Assembly: GCA_013115145.1 (NCBI GenBank) | Contig: JAAPAO010000004.1 | Location: 1 to 64,000, forward strand | Reading direction: 5' to 3' | DNA: 64,000 nt | Source: Perkinsus chesapeaki ATCC PRA-425 | Lineage: Eukaryota; Protista; Perkinsozoa | Shown: one piece after another, positions 10,653 to 24,407 of the stretch | Layout: each line of letters opens with the position of its first letter | Position numbering within the stretch: the stretch's first letter is position 1 | Notes under the pieces: generated by a model | What the model saw: the letters and a program-made list of their open reading frames with translations, nothing else | What the model was told of the DNA's origin: nothing | Databases searched by the model: none | Made by a program: the position numbers and the translations under genes

Positions 10653-11642
10653 TCATGGCTTCTTTATGATGAAGATGATCAACACCAAGCCGTTCAAATC
10701 CACTGGTCCGAATCTCGCTGCATGGCGCACTAGTCTTAGGGCCACTCTTGCTAATCTGAAGTGATGCACTCACCAGGGATTGAACTCAGGGCCTCTCACT
10801 CGATCGATGATACTAGGTCCAGGATGCCGCCGTCCTTCAACCGCTGGGGACGCTATCGACGGTCTCCGACCTGAAGTGTGAATGATCTTATCATGTGGAC
10901 CTGCTGCAAAATTGGCATACATGCAGTCAGGGGGTGAGGAGAGCAAGAAATGTACAAGAAATTTACAGGATTCCAATCCCTCATCTTCGAGGTTTGATGA
11001 TGAAATGAGAAAAGGTGCTACATGGTCTTGCAACATCAGACTACCGACTCACTCAAGGTCGAGGAGGAAGTATCCTCCTTCGGGTGTCGACTACCAAATG
11101 ACATAACACTGGCCCGACGTATCTGATATCAACTGCAGATGAGGAGTTTCAGATACACCCACCTCACTGCTCCCGTCTTCTAAGCCGCTCACAGTAACAC
11201 CCGGGGCATCGCTGCTCAGCTGAGTCGAGTTCGCCAGAGCAGTCGATGATAGTTTACCTAGCAACTCAAGGCCTACCATCTTGATGACACAAAAGGAGAC
11301 AGCCTTACTAAGAGTTGGAGTCCTATCACTTCGAGCCAACGCTTGCTTCTTTAGTGCATCATGACGAATAACATCAAAGCTGCTCCACACCTCCAACGGC
11401 GCGAAGTCCTTCGCATACACCTTAACGGAGCCATTAGTTAGAAGGCCTCGGCAAAGTAACATTACCTGGCATGGCCTTAACGTATCGAAAAGTCTCTTGC
11501 CGTTCCTCAATGCACCATGCTCTATAATATCAGCCGTCCATCTTTTAATCGTTTTGCTCTGCCCACTAAACAATAAAAGTGATGAAGACAGCAGGGAGGA
11601 GACATACTCGGGGAAGAGGGGCTTTCTTGACTTCGGTTTCAC
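10653..11642 (-). CDS. Uncharacterised multi-exon protein
   Basis: 183-aa ORF (11091-11642) followed by spliceable GT-AG segments; no recognisable family. Confidence 0.45.
10756..10799 (-). other. 44-nt intron made of a tRNA-like 3' half (Gly-like end TGCA)
   Basis: GTGAGAGGCC-CTGAG-TTCAATC-CCTGG-TGAGTGC-A-TCACTTCAG. The intron call rests on reading-frame plausibility only. Confidence 0.6.
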
Positions 11643-11888
11643 GTCTCCTATGATCGGTGGCCGCCTATCCGTCTCAATCTTCGTTTCCCGTCTCGCCTGA
11701 GCTTAACCTCTCACTTGGTGCTGTTAGGTCATTATTATCACATTAGTTGCAAAAGGCTCTGGTGGAGGGTCGGTAACTTTAAATGTGACTTCTGCAACTC
11801 TCGATTTGATTGATTTACTGCGACAAGGGTTATCTGAGGGCGAGCGCTAGAGGCTTCCGAGAATAGAAATTAAAAAATGCAGAAGAAA

Positions 11889-11962
11889 TGGTCGATGCAG
11901 GGCTCGAACCTGCGACCCTCGCGTTATTAGCACGATGCTCTAACCGACTGAGCTAAACGACC
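11889..11962 (-). tRNA. tRNA-Ile(AAT)
   Basis: GGTCGTTTAGCTCAGTCGGTTAGAGCATCGTGCTAATAACGCGAGGGTCGCAGGTTCGAGCCCTGCATCGACCA folds as a cloverleaf with anticodon AAT. Confidence 0.96.
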
Positions 11963-12150
11963 TGTTGAATCACATAGTCAAATGTTTCGCCCGACAGAAC
12001 TGAGGGTCTCAGGGCCGAATTAGAGGCAGAACAACGAATTTTATTACTTGGAACATCCCCAGCTGTCCCTCTCTGCAATACCCACCATGGCTCATCCTTC
12101 TCTGAAAACCTGATGACATATCAGCACTTCAACGTCACGCGCCACGAAAT

Positions 12151-13906
12151 TCATCCTGCCGTACGCAGGCATCTTCCGAGGTTCCCTCCGGCAATTGGCC
12201 AGATTATGTTCGATTCTATCTCTTCGACGTTGAAGATCGAGAAGTGTTTTAGTCTTTGATTCGACGCCATCTCCTTTTCTGTATTCGTGAGCCTGACAGA
12301 TCCCTCATCATCACCAACATTTACTATTAACAAACATACCGCTGCTTCCTTTGTTATTGCTCGAACGCTCAACGGTACGAACTCAGCCTCACCTGAGAAG
12401 AGCTGGCCTTGTGACCATATTCAATCTAATTACCTTTATTTCTGCATTCATCTAGATCGTGTTTCAATTTCTCCCTTCGATGCTCCAGCAATTGCGACCT
12501 AGTCTTCACTTCTGGCTCATCTACCCACTTCACGCCTGACAAACTTGTTAACCATCCCCGAGGTCCCTCGGACCAAGAAAGCTCGAAAGTGAACCAAGAA
12601 TGGTGATCCGCACCACAAGCCCATCGAGTATCCTCCCTTCTCACCAATAGCCTTGGATTCCCTATCTGGATTGATATGAGTATTGATAGGCATCAATCCA
12701 GCACACACTCTAGATGCTTCATGGTCTGCTGCTGCTCTCTCCCCTATATGAGTTATCCTATATCAAATCGATCGCTCAATCGATTATACCTCAGCACGTT
12801 CCTCACCTTGGCTGATCCACATAATAATCCTTCGAAGGTGGCTTCTCCGAGACCATCGCCGGGTGAGACCGCTCCCACTCGTTAAACCTACCCCAACAAA
12901 AAATGCCCGGAATTCTCTCAAATTTCAGCTCACAGTTTAGCAGCTGCGTTTTTCATCTCAACTTTCCTATCCAATTCAAGCTCCGTTTTTGTATTATGAG
13001 ATGGTATCACTTTGCTTATAGGATGCGCTGGATATCTACGGACAGAACCAGCAGCAGCATTACCGCGCGCCATGAAATTATATTACGTTTCGCCAAGCTC
13101 AAATGTGCTATCTTGCGTGATTATCTTGCCTCTCCTCTGCTGCACAGCAAACGGCCTCTTCGACCCAGCTTGGTCATGACCGAAGGAGAATCTGAATCCG
13201 CATTTTCTTGCGCGCCACGAAATCCTTATTGCCTATCAAGCCAGCCTTTGGATAGAGCCTCCATGCACCTTTGTCTCTCTTTCTGATTCAACTTGCCATC
13301 TCGGTCATCATCAAAATGTTTCGAGATGAAATAATCCCGGGTGCCCACTACACCATCACCATCAACATCATAAGATATATCAGGTACAAGGTTAGCCCGT
13401 CGTTGGTGCAACCTATCAATCGAATACATTATCTCAAAGTCAACCTACTTCGTATCTTGCACGCTCGGACCTGAGATTCCCTCTTACATCTCAGACCTAG
13501 TCCGATATTTCGGTGCCTTCTCCCAATCATCAACAGGAGCTACATCAGAATACACACCAAGTGACTTCGTAGGGAACCTGAAATCTTGCAATCTTACTCT
13601 CACTTACAATTCCTCAATGTTCGTACCGATGATGCTGGTGTCCATCAGTATTGTAATGTGGCACTCGTCCAGAACTGTGGCGAGCGGAGGATGCAGTCCC
13701 AAGCTCCTCATTTGGTCTGAGCCGCGGAATGAATTTCGTGGCGCGCGGTTTGATGTCCTACTTCCCCTTCACACCTGCGATGTCAGCCATGATGGAAAAC
13801 AAAATCTTAGGTCCAACCTTGCACATCACACAAGTAAAAGATTCCCAGGTAGAATTACAACACAAAACCTTTGAGCACTGAGATACCGGAACATCTTCAT
13901 TATCAT
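12151..13906 (-). CDS. EF-hand-like uncharacterised protein, multi-exon
   Basis: Exon ISYDVDGDGVVGTRDYFISKHFDDDRDGKLNQKE has two DxDxDG-type loops. Ends approximate. Confidence 0.55.
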
Positions 13907-14379
13907 AAAAAAGGAACCAAAGAATAACAGAAATAGTAGCTCAGCACTTGCAGGATTGACCTGAAAAATGTTAACAGCGGCGGCGGCGGGAAGAGGAGGA
14001 GGAATGCACCAATATGTTGTATAACGCGTCTTGTATTAAAACCTCGACGGAGCTGCTGACACCGATAGCCCCAATTAGGAGTGTATGATAATCAATTAAT
14101 ATTGCATATCACACACATATAGTAACTATTATATAGCAGTTGTATGGTAAGAGTAAAGGTAGTAAGAGGTAACATTATGATACCCCTCTGCATCATCATA
14201 CTCCTTCAGAATCCATATAGATACAGCCATATATGCTCAAGATGGTAGCACACTCCCTGCCCCTTCCTTCTTATCCATTTAGATTATCCACGATACTACT
14301 AAGGTACTATTGCATAATGTACAGTAGTTGTAATTAATTACTATACTAATCTCTATTATATAAATACTGCATTACTAGG

Positions 14380-15602
<1,223 letters not shown>

Positions 15603-15951
15603 TTAAAACCAACAATCTTTTTATAACGTAAACTGTATTGTACGAAAATTATCCCTCTGTGATGGTGTTGTTGTTTTTATCATCATTTATTCTACTCCGT
15701 TTGGCTTCTTTTCTCCTAGCAGAGCCGCCAGTCTCCTCCCTTTCCTCAGCTGCCCAACCCTTCTCCTTTCGACGTGTTGCAAAGTCTCGCCAAGATTCAC
15801 CACCTAATAGGTGGTTCTATCAATTATTATTATCTACCACTCTATCGTATTGTAAGCCAAAGACACCATGCAAGACAATTCTTATGAGTATTAAGATCGT
15901 TAATATAATAATAACTTATAAGTAATACATATATGATACTTATAAGTATCG

Positions 15952-16924
15952 TTAATGTTCAATAGCTAAGATATGGTTCGATATGGTTCGATATCTCCAC
16001 TTCACCGGTATACACCACCCTTCATCTTGTGTAACAGTACCTTTAGCCAAGGGTCGATTATCCCTCTGATGTTTTCTCCCAGGACCATTATCTCCACTAC
16101 CACCGCCTGGAGCAGCCCAACGCTCAGCATCCCTAGCCTGGGCATCCATCATACCTAAATACCCATACCCGGGATCGAACCTGCGACCTCCTCACGTTGG
16201 AGCTTTTCTTGATGCTGGCGATCTTTATCGAATGCAGCTCCTTCCTCATGGTTCCTAGTATCTATACTCCTATTATTTTTATTCCAATCTATGCTGCTAT
16301 CTAATCCCTACTTATCCCAAATGCCTTTGCCGCTCTATCCGCTTGTCGTTTTTGCATTTGAAGGTACCTTAATAGGGCTTTATAACACCCCCTTAAACCT
16401 TTTACCATTACTCATGCGTGCTAGCCATTTGATCTGCCTGTAGTTCCCCACCATGGGCCTCGGCATCCGCTCGACGATCATCAAGCTCCTTATACCTTAA
16501 CTTTCCGACTGTAATGGTCACTGGTAAAGCGTAGTACATTTTCTCTCTTTCTTTATCAACCTTTTTCTGTGCAATTTCCTCATCCTCTCCAGCGTCTATT
16601 AAAGTGTCATGTAGATCAATCAGTTTAACCTCAATCTCTCGTTTTTGGTTATGATAACTAATGCCGCATCAAAAGATATTCTTTACAGTGCGCGATTTAA
16701 GTATATATGCTCACATCAACTCAGGATCAGCTTTCTTAGGCTTTGGTGGTGCTGCTGCCGCTGCTTCATTCTCTCTAAATGGTTTAATATCGGTCCTCTG
16801 TGGTCGTAGATATGATTTGTTCCGTTGTACCTGATTAACTACTAACTACTAAGTACTTATATAATATTACATAACCACTGGTTCCACTCCCCCTAGGAGT
16901 CTGCAATCCAATGCCGTTATACAT
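15952..16924 (-). CDS. CWC21: CWC21/SRRM2-N (cwf21 domain) splicing factor, multi-exon
   Basis: Starts MYNGIGLQTPRGSGTSGYV, the diagnostic N-terminus of the family. Confidence 0.9.
16155..16195 (-). other. 41-nt CWC21 intron made of a tRNA-like 3' half
   Basis: GTGAGGAGGTC-GCAGG-TTCGATC-CCGGG-TATGGGT-A-TTTAG. Removing it joins EKLQ-R-MMDAQ in frame. Confidence 0.78.
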
Positions 16925-17973
16925 TATAACAACAACGCCAACAACGACAAATGCAAGGAATGATGAAGATGGTGGTGGTGCTCAACTATAATCGATCAGC
17001 AGGGCGCGCGCTAACTACACCGCCGAGCACTGTCGTAACTGTGGGGCACAATAGTGTACAGTGCCTGCCTGGTTGAAGTTTCAACATTCAATTTTCAGAA
17101 TTTAATGTCAAAGCTCTGAAAATACGAGTTTTAACGTATGGGGAATGTGTTAGTTTGGTGAACACAACCGTTCTTCGAAGAATGGGCGAGCGAGATTGTA
17201 AGCCTTGCGCAACTGTCACAGTCACAGTACGTATACGTACAACAATACACTACGTACACCGCGTACGTTGTACGATAGATACACGCAATTAATGAATTGG
17301 GAGAGATGCAACAGATCTAGCAAACTCATACAAACAACAAGTGCGACTTACTCTTCGAACTACCCAAATTTGACGAATATTAGTAGACCCGAACTTTGAG
17401 GGTTCCACTTGCCACCGGAATTGTCCAGCCTATTCACGAAGTTTCTCTAATACGCCTCTACTGAATATGAGCCTTCACAATGGAGCATGAAGTAAACACA
17501 ATTGGTTCTGTATCGCAGACAGTGTCTCCTCGATTGAAACAGTTGTTGGAAATCGCAGCTATCGAGTGATGCGCTACAACCATCAGGGGTACGCTGGAAA
17601 AGTCAGGCAGACCTAGCTAGTGGCAAACCCGTACAATTAAACAGAACGCCTTTAGAACATTGAAGCTATCGTACATCGTACCAGGCTACGCAAGGCGCTC
17701 TTAAACCTGTTCTTTAACTCGAAAAGATGATGACTCACCGCTTCCTCAACGAGTCGTCTTACGACGATCAATGTCAGCTATCACAAGGGTAAAGCAAACA
17801 TTAAATTATGAATCATAAATAGGCCTATCTATAGCTGCATTGCGGTGTTGTTGGGTACTCGGGAGCTCCACGGCTATGGAAGGCACGCGGACGCTGAGGC
17901 TTCGGTGGCTCCACAGCGATGTAGCTCCTTCTACGCTCGAAGAGGGCCATCTGTCATTCCTATTTTGTTAATA

Positions 17974-18927
17974 ATGTATCCCTTCTCATCACCCCTTATA
18001 TGCGCTATTGCTATCAGCAGCCTACATGGAGCTTATCCGAATGATGAATACTACTGGGCTGAACAGCGGGATTATTTTAATGCGATACGGGTACCTCGTG
18101 CATGGAGAAAATGTCGGGGACATAAGAGAAGTATCAAGACTGTTGCCATCATCGACTCTGGTATGGATTCTACCCATCCCGACTTGAAGGCTAATGCAGT
18201 GGTTGGGTATAACGTGGTTGACAAGAACACTGATACGCACGACAGAGCTAATCATGGAACCGCAATGGCTGGTGTCATTGGGGCGGTAATCAATAATACT
18301 ATCGGCATAGCTGGAATCACTGATTATGTCAATTTGATACCAATCTACGACGGCGAGATCGTCAGTGACAAACACGCCGCTGACGCAATTGATTACGCAG
18401 TACGCGCACAGGCAGATGTAATATTTTACTCGTCACGACAACGAGAACCATTCGGCGGTAGAGTTACTGCAGCTCTGAAGAAGGCTTCTCAAGCGGGTAT
18501 CCCTTTCGTTTGTCCCGCAGGCAACGATGGTAAGAATATCTCTGAGCCTGGGAATGCAGCGTACCCTTGTAAGTACACCAGATCGATGGATGTGGTTATA
18601 TGTGTTGCGGCCACCTTCGAAGATTCTATGGTACTTCGTAAGCGGAGCAACTACGCTCCTTTTATTGATGTCGCTGCTCCGGGGGGTACCTTCACAACTG
18701 CCCCCAAGGGTGGGTATTCGCCCAGTAGGGGCACATCTCCTGCTGCTGCTATCGTAGCTGGAGTAATCGCCATGATGAAGAGTGTTGGAAAATCACCTCT
18801 TACTGTTAAGGAGGTAAAGTCCATTCTCAAGGAGACCGGTGTTCCCGGGGTTACAACACCTGGAGCGGTTCCCGTGGGATTCGGAAGATTGGACGTTTGG
18901 AACGCAATAAAACGTGTTCTTCCATGA
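17974..18927 (+). CDS. Secreted subtilisin (S8) peptidase, intronless
   Basis: Hydrophobic N-terminus; triad IIDSG, HGTAMAG, GTSPAAA; AGND oxyanion motif. Confidence 0.92.
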   Translation: MYPFSSPLICAIAISSLHGAYPNDEYYWAEQRDYFNAIRVPRAWRKCRGHKRSIKTVAIIDSGMDSTHPDLKANAVVGYNVVDKNTDTHDRANHGTAMAGVIGAVINNTIGIAGITDYVNLIPIYDGEIVSDKHAADAIDYAVRAQADVIFYSSRQREPFGGRVTAALKKASQAGIPFVCPAGNDGKNISEPGNAAYPCKYTRSMDVVICVAATFEDSMVLRKRSNYAPFIDVAAPGGTFTTAPKGGYSPSRGTSPAAAIVAGVIAMMKSVGKSPLTVKEVKSILKETGVPGVTTPGAVPVGFGRLDVWNAIKRVLP

Positions 18928-19744
18928 CCTTACTTTATACCATATGGTACCGGTGAATTCTCAACCCCATTTTTATCCACTTCAACAGCTTCAGCATGTA
19001 GTAGGGGTTATCGTAAGCTGATAATTCCGATGCCATCAGCTTGATAATTCGCGCTGGAATGTTATCGACTAGAACTTTGATTTCCATCTGAGGAGTATGT
19101 TAATTGGTAAATGTCAAGTGCTGCATAATATCCAGTGTACCAGCTCTAGCAGTGGCCGCCTTCATCAACGTAACTCCGCCACATTATGGAGTATTTCAGC
19201 TTATTAGGTGTAGCCTATGAAAGTCTTACTTCATAACCTCTAACTGCTGAATTACGAGTGCTGCCCAACGTGTTTGATCATTTTCGACCAAGATTTTAAT
19301 AACTACATACCACTTAAGGGTGCTTTTACTATTTGAGTGAAGATTGGCGGGATGACGTTGACAGTCGCTGTCTCGTATAGATTCGTTCACAACTCCGGCA
19401 ACCTTGTCTCCCATTGCCACGAGGCTATGAGTACGGTGTTGGAGTAGGGTCAGTGTTAGGGTTGGTCATAGAATATTAGCCGTAAGCAACGGAGCCATTC
19501 CTCCATCGTAGACTCTGGTGGGGTGACTTCAACAACACTCGATTTATAACACAACAAATAGAGTAACGTCGAATATGTGAAAAATAAGACCTGCGACATT
19601 GTGAAGTAAAAATAAGAGCCCGAAGATGAGGAACTCAACTCACTTAGTAACGGATCGTATCATAAGCCAGGATGCGTGACACATGCCACACGATACCATG
19701 CCACACAGTAGTCAATAAAGCAGGATTGGGAATTGGAAAAAGGG

Positions 19745-20085
19745 CTATGCGAGGATACCACACTCACCTAAGGAAGGATAAAGTATGATATAGTGACGTA
19801 CAGTACTGAGCACTGAGTGCTCACGTGACAATCTTGCCAATTGTGGAGCAGCATCGTCTAGGCCTACCACTATTAATAATATTGGTAGACCTAAGTCGCT
19901 ATTATTACTAAGATGTTCAGGTCTATCATAGATCTTTTCAGGTCTAGTATTTAAATAATAGTCTATTATCCAACCTAGGAATCCGGAATCACCCCAGTTA
20001 GCACCCAATGGGTTCTTAATTAACGAATACCTAAGTTATATGAGGTAAAGGAATACAACAAGCCGTTCACTCTTTTGGATCTGTT
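19745..20085 (-). pseudogene. Truncated cathepsin L-like 3' fragment (last two exons)
   Basis: YSLIKNPLGANWGDSG and GECGILA are degenerate copies of the last exons of the gene at 22439-23990. NSWG is altered and upstream exons are missing. Confidence 0.75.
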
Positions 20086-20798
20086 TAAAATACGGAAACA
20101 TGATGAATAATACTATGATGTGACACCGCTGGTGTCATAAATTTATAGATAGCCGTTGCGCGGCACGCTATGCGATGCCGGGCTGACACTGTCCGCACAA
20201 GTCGGAGACCCAGAAGGCGCACAGCACAACTCAATATCTTAGCGAACGTTTTCCTATCGTTCCTGTTAGTTCTATTTCGACTGTGCAATACCACTTCATG
20301 GGAGTATTAATTAGCTGAGCAGGTGAAAGGAGGCCCTCCTTAGTAGGGTTGGCTCGCCGTGTCACAGCGGCCGTGACTGGTCCAGACGGTGACTCATCAT
20401 CGACAGGCTCACTGGACTGAGCCCTGAAAGTCTCGCCCGGGGGCCATAGAGGAGCATTGGAAGTTGCCAGATGGAATACATTGGATGCCAACTTTATCTA
20501 GGAACATACTTTCCAGGCAATTCCCCATCGTATCATCACATGAGAAGCATTGACTGATCGCTGAGGAGCAAGCTGCCTTGATGCTAGATCAATCACTAAA
20601 GCTAGACGATTCTGACCAAGAAGAGCCCTGAAAGTAACTATTCAGCTCCACAGTGGAGCATCCACCGCTCCCGATCGAAGGAAGGGACCGAGCGTGAACC
20701 TCAAAGTCGAGGTTAGCTTCCTAAGTCAGGAACACTAGGAATGGTTTAGTATGATGGAGTAGCGAGAATCTTAGTTGCGAAGGCTTATCCGTTCATAC

Positions 20799-21806
20799 AT
20801 GTTGCGTCTCTCTTTCGTGATCGGCTGCATCATTGGCTTCAGCGTCGCTATTGGAGGTCCTGAAGGAGATCTCTTCGGTATGTTAGACGCCACTCCTGTG
20901 AACGACCCTTTCTATCCGAAACAGGCTCCATATCTTGAAGCTATCAATGTGCCGAGAGCTTGGAAGCGTCTGGCTTCCACAAGAGTGATCAGAAAGGAGG
21001 TCACGGTGGCGCTTATCGACAGTGGAGTGAGGCCCAAACATCCGGACCTAGTAGGGAACCTTGTAAAAGGCTATAATGCTATCGATGGTAGCTATGATAC
21101 TCGCGATCGAGATCCTCTCGGGCATGGCACTGGAATGGCCGGAGTACTTGGTGCTACTATCAACAATACAAGGGGTATAGCAGGTGTTATGGATCTTGTT
21201 AACATCATGCCGATCTGCGAAGGTAAACGGCCTTCCCAGCCGACTGTAATAGCTGCTATAGACTATGTTGTTCGTCACAGGGAAGCCAGAGATATAAAGT
21301 TCATATTGCTGGCTGCTTCAGCTGCCGAGTACGAGCCCCAATTGGCTGACAAGATCAGACAAGCAGACCAAGCCGGACTTTCTATCATTGTGACTGCCGG
21401 CAATAAAGGCAAAAATGCCACTACAGAGAAGAGGTACCCCTGCGCTCTCACTGAGCAGTTAAGTGGAGTGCTGTGCGTTGCCGCCACAGAACTGTCAATG
21501 ATGAAACTGGCCTCTTTCTCCAATTATGCGAACTACGTAGATGTCGCTGCACCAGGGGTTGGTATTATGACGACGGGAAATTATATTAACTATGACACCG
21601 TATCTGGTACATCTCCAGCCTCTGCCATTGTTGCTGGTGTGGTTGCAATGCTATACAGTCTTGCTCCTGGCCTGTCACCTGCTGATATAAAGAGGATCAT
21701 CAAGGAGACTTCGAAAAAAGGTCTGAAAGATTCCACTGGGAAGGTTACACTTCCTTTCGGACGAGTCGACGCAGACAAAGCGGTGGCGAAGCTGATACCA
21801 CGATAG
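20799..21806 (+). CDS. Secreted subtilisin (S8) peptidase, intronless, paralog 2
   Basis: Signal-like MLRLSFVIGCIIGFSVA; LIDSG, HGTGMAG, AGN, GTSPASA. Confidence 0.92.
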   Translation: MLRLSFVIGCIIGFSVAIGGPEGDLFGMLDATPVNDPFYPKQAPYLEAINVPRAWKRLASTRVIRKEVTVALIDSGVRPKHPDLVGNLVKGYNAIDGSYDTRDRDPLGHGTGMAGVLGATINNTRGIAGVMDLVNIMPICEGKRPSQPTVIAAIDYVVRHREARDIKFILLAASAAEYEPQLADKIRQADQAGLSIIVTAGNKGKNATTEKRYPCALTEQLSGVLCVAATELSMMKLASFSNYANYVDVAAPGVGIMTTGNYINYDTVSGTSPASAIVAGVVAMLYSLAPGLSPADIKRIIKETSKKGLKDSTGKVTLPFGRVDADKAVAKLIPR

Positions 21807-22438
21807 GCTTTCTTCATTGAGGATCTCAGGGACACTTGCTACACAACATCTGTTGCAAGCATCTTCCTCTAACATGTCTTTCATTAAGGCGATATTTAGT
21901 TCTCAAGAGAGCCGCCGTGATGATACAAATTTAGTCGATCCGTCCATAATGTGCAGCGTTCGTGAGTGTCATAATTCTTCTTTGTCGGGGCTGCCTTTTG
22001 GACATGTGTCTGTTTGCATGTGTTCTCCGCGGTGTAACGGCCCTAATAAAACATCCACGAATGACACTCGTCGTGTGTAGTGGCAAGACAGATGCTTGCA
22101 TGCTTGTGGCAAGGCAGATCTATGAGTCGACTATTTCGTACGAGCATTCTATAGGGTATTGTATTCATTCAATTAGAGTGTCGTACACATGTCCTAACTG
22201 AATCAGAATTGATGGTATGGCATCGACAGCTGGGTGCTATTCCTCTACGGTTGGGCAGGGTTACTCTTCAACACAACAAGTATTGTAACGTTGAAAATGT
22301 GAGAAATACGAGCTGAACGATGTTGTGAAGTGACAACAAGGATCCGAAGATTCAAAACTTAATCAGAATAATGGATCGTATCATAAGCCGGTATTCGTGT
22401 TACACGATACCACGTTGCGCAGCTAAAAGCGCTGACAC

Positions 22439-23990
<1,552 letters not shown>

Positions 23991-24407
23991 GTGTATTAAA
24001 TGCTGGTCACCATTGTGCACTGCTGCTTACTCTATTCTACGCACTTCCGCACCTCATTCCCCATTCCGTTCTAACTTAGCTCACTCCCTTCTCGCCTTGC
24101 CTTTGTCATTACCGACACACGATAATCGAGTCGCTTCAGGGATGACTGCACGCATGCGCAGTTGTTGTGCGCACGCGTGCAACCCTCCTTGATGTGATAA
24201 ATTCGTTATTAGTAAACAGTTGTTGATACTTTTATTAGGACTACAAACCGTTTTATTAGAGTCGTATTGGTGACTGGGGCCCACCCCTATGTAGATGGTA
24301 CAGGGTGATCCTTATGATAGTGAATGAATCGATTTGATAGAGGCTTGATCACCCCAACAACCAACCCCAACCAGCAGCAGCAAGATCTAGCTTCAAGGCT
24401 ACGCTCC

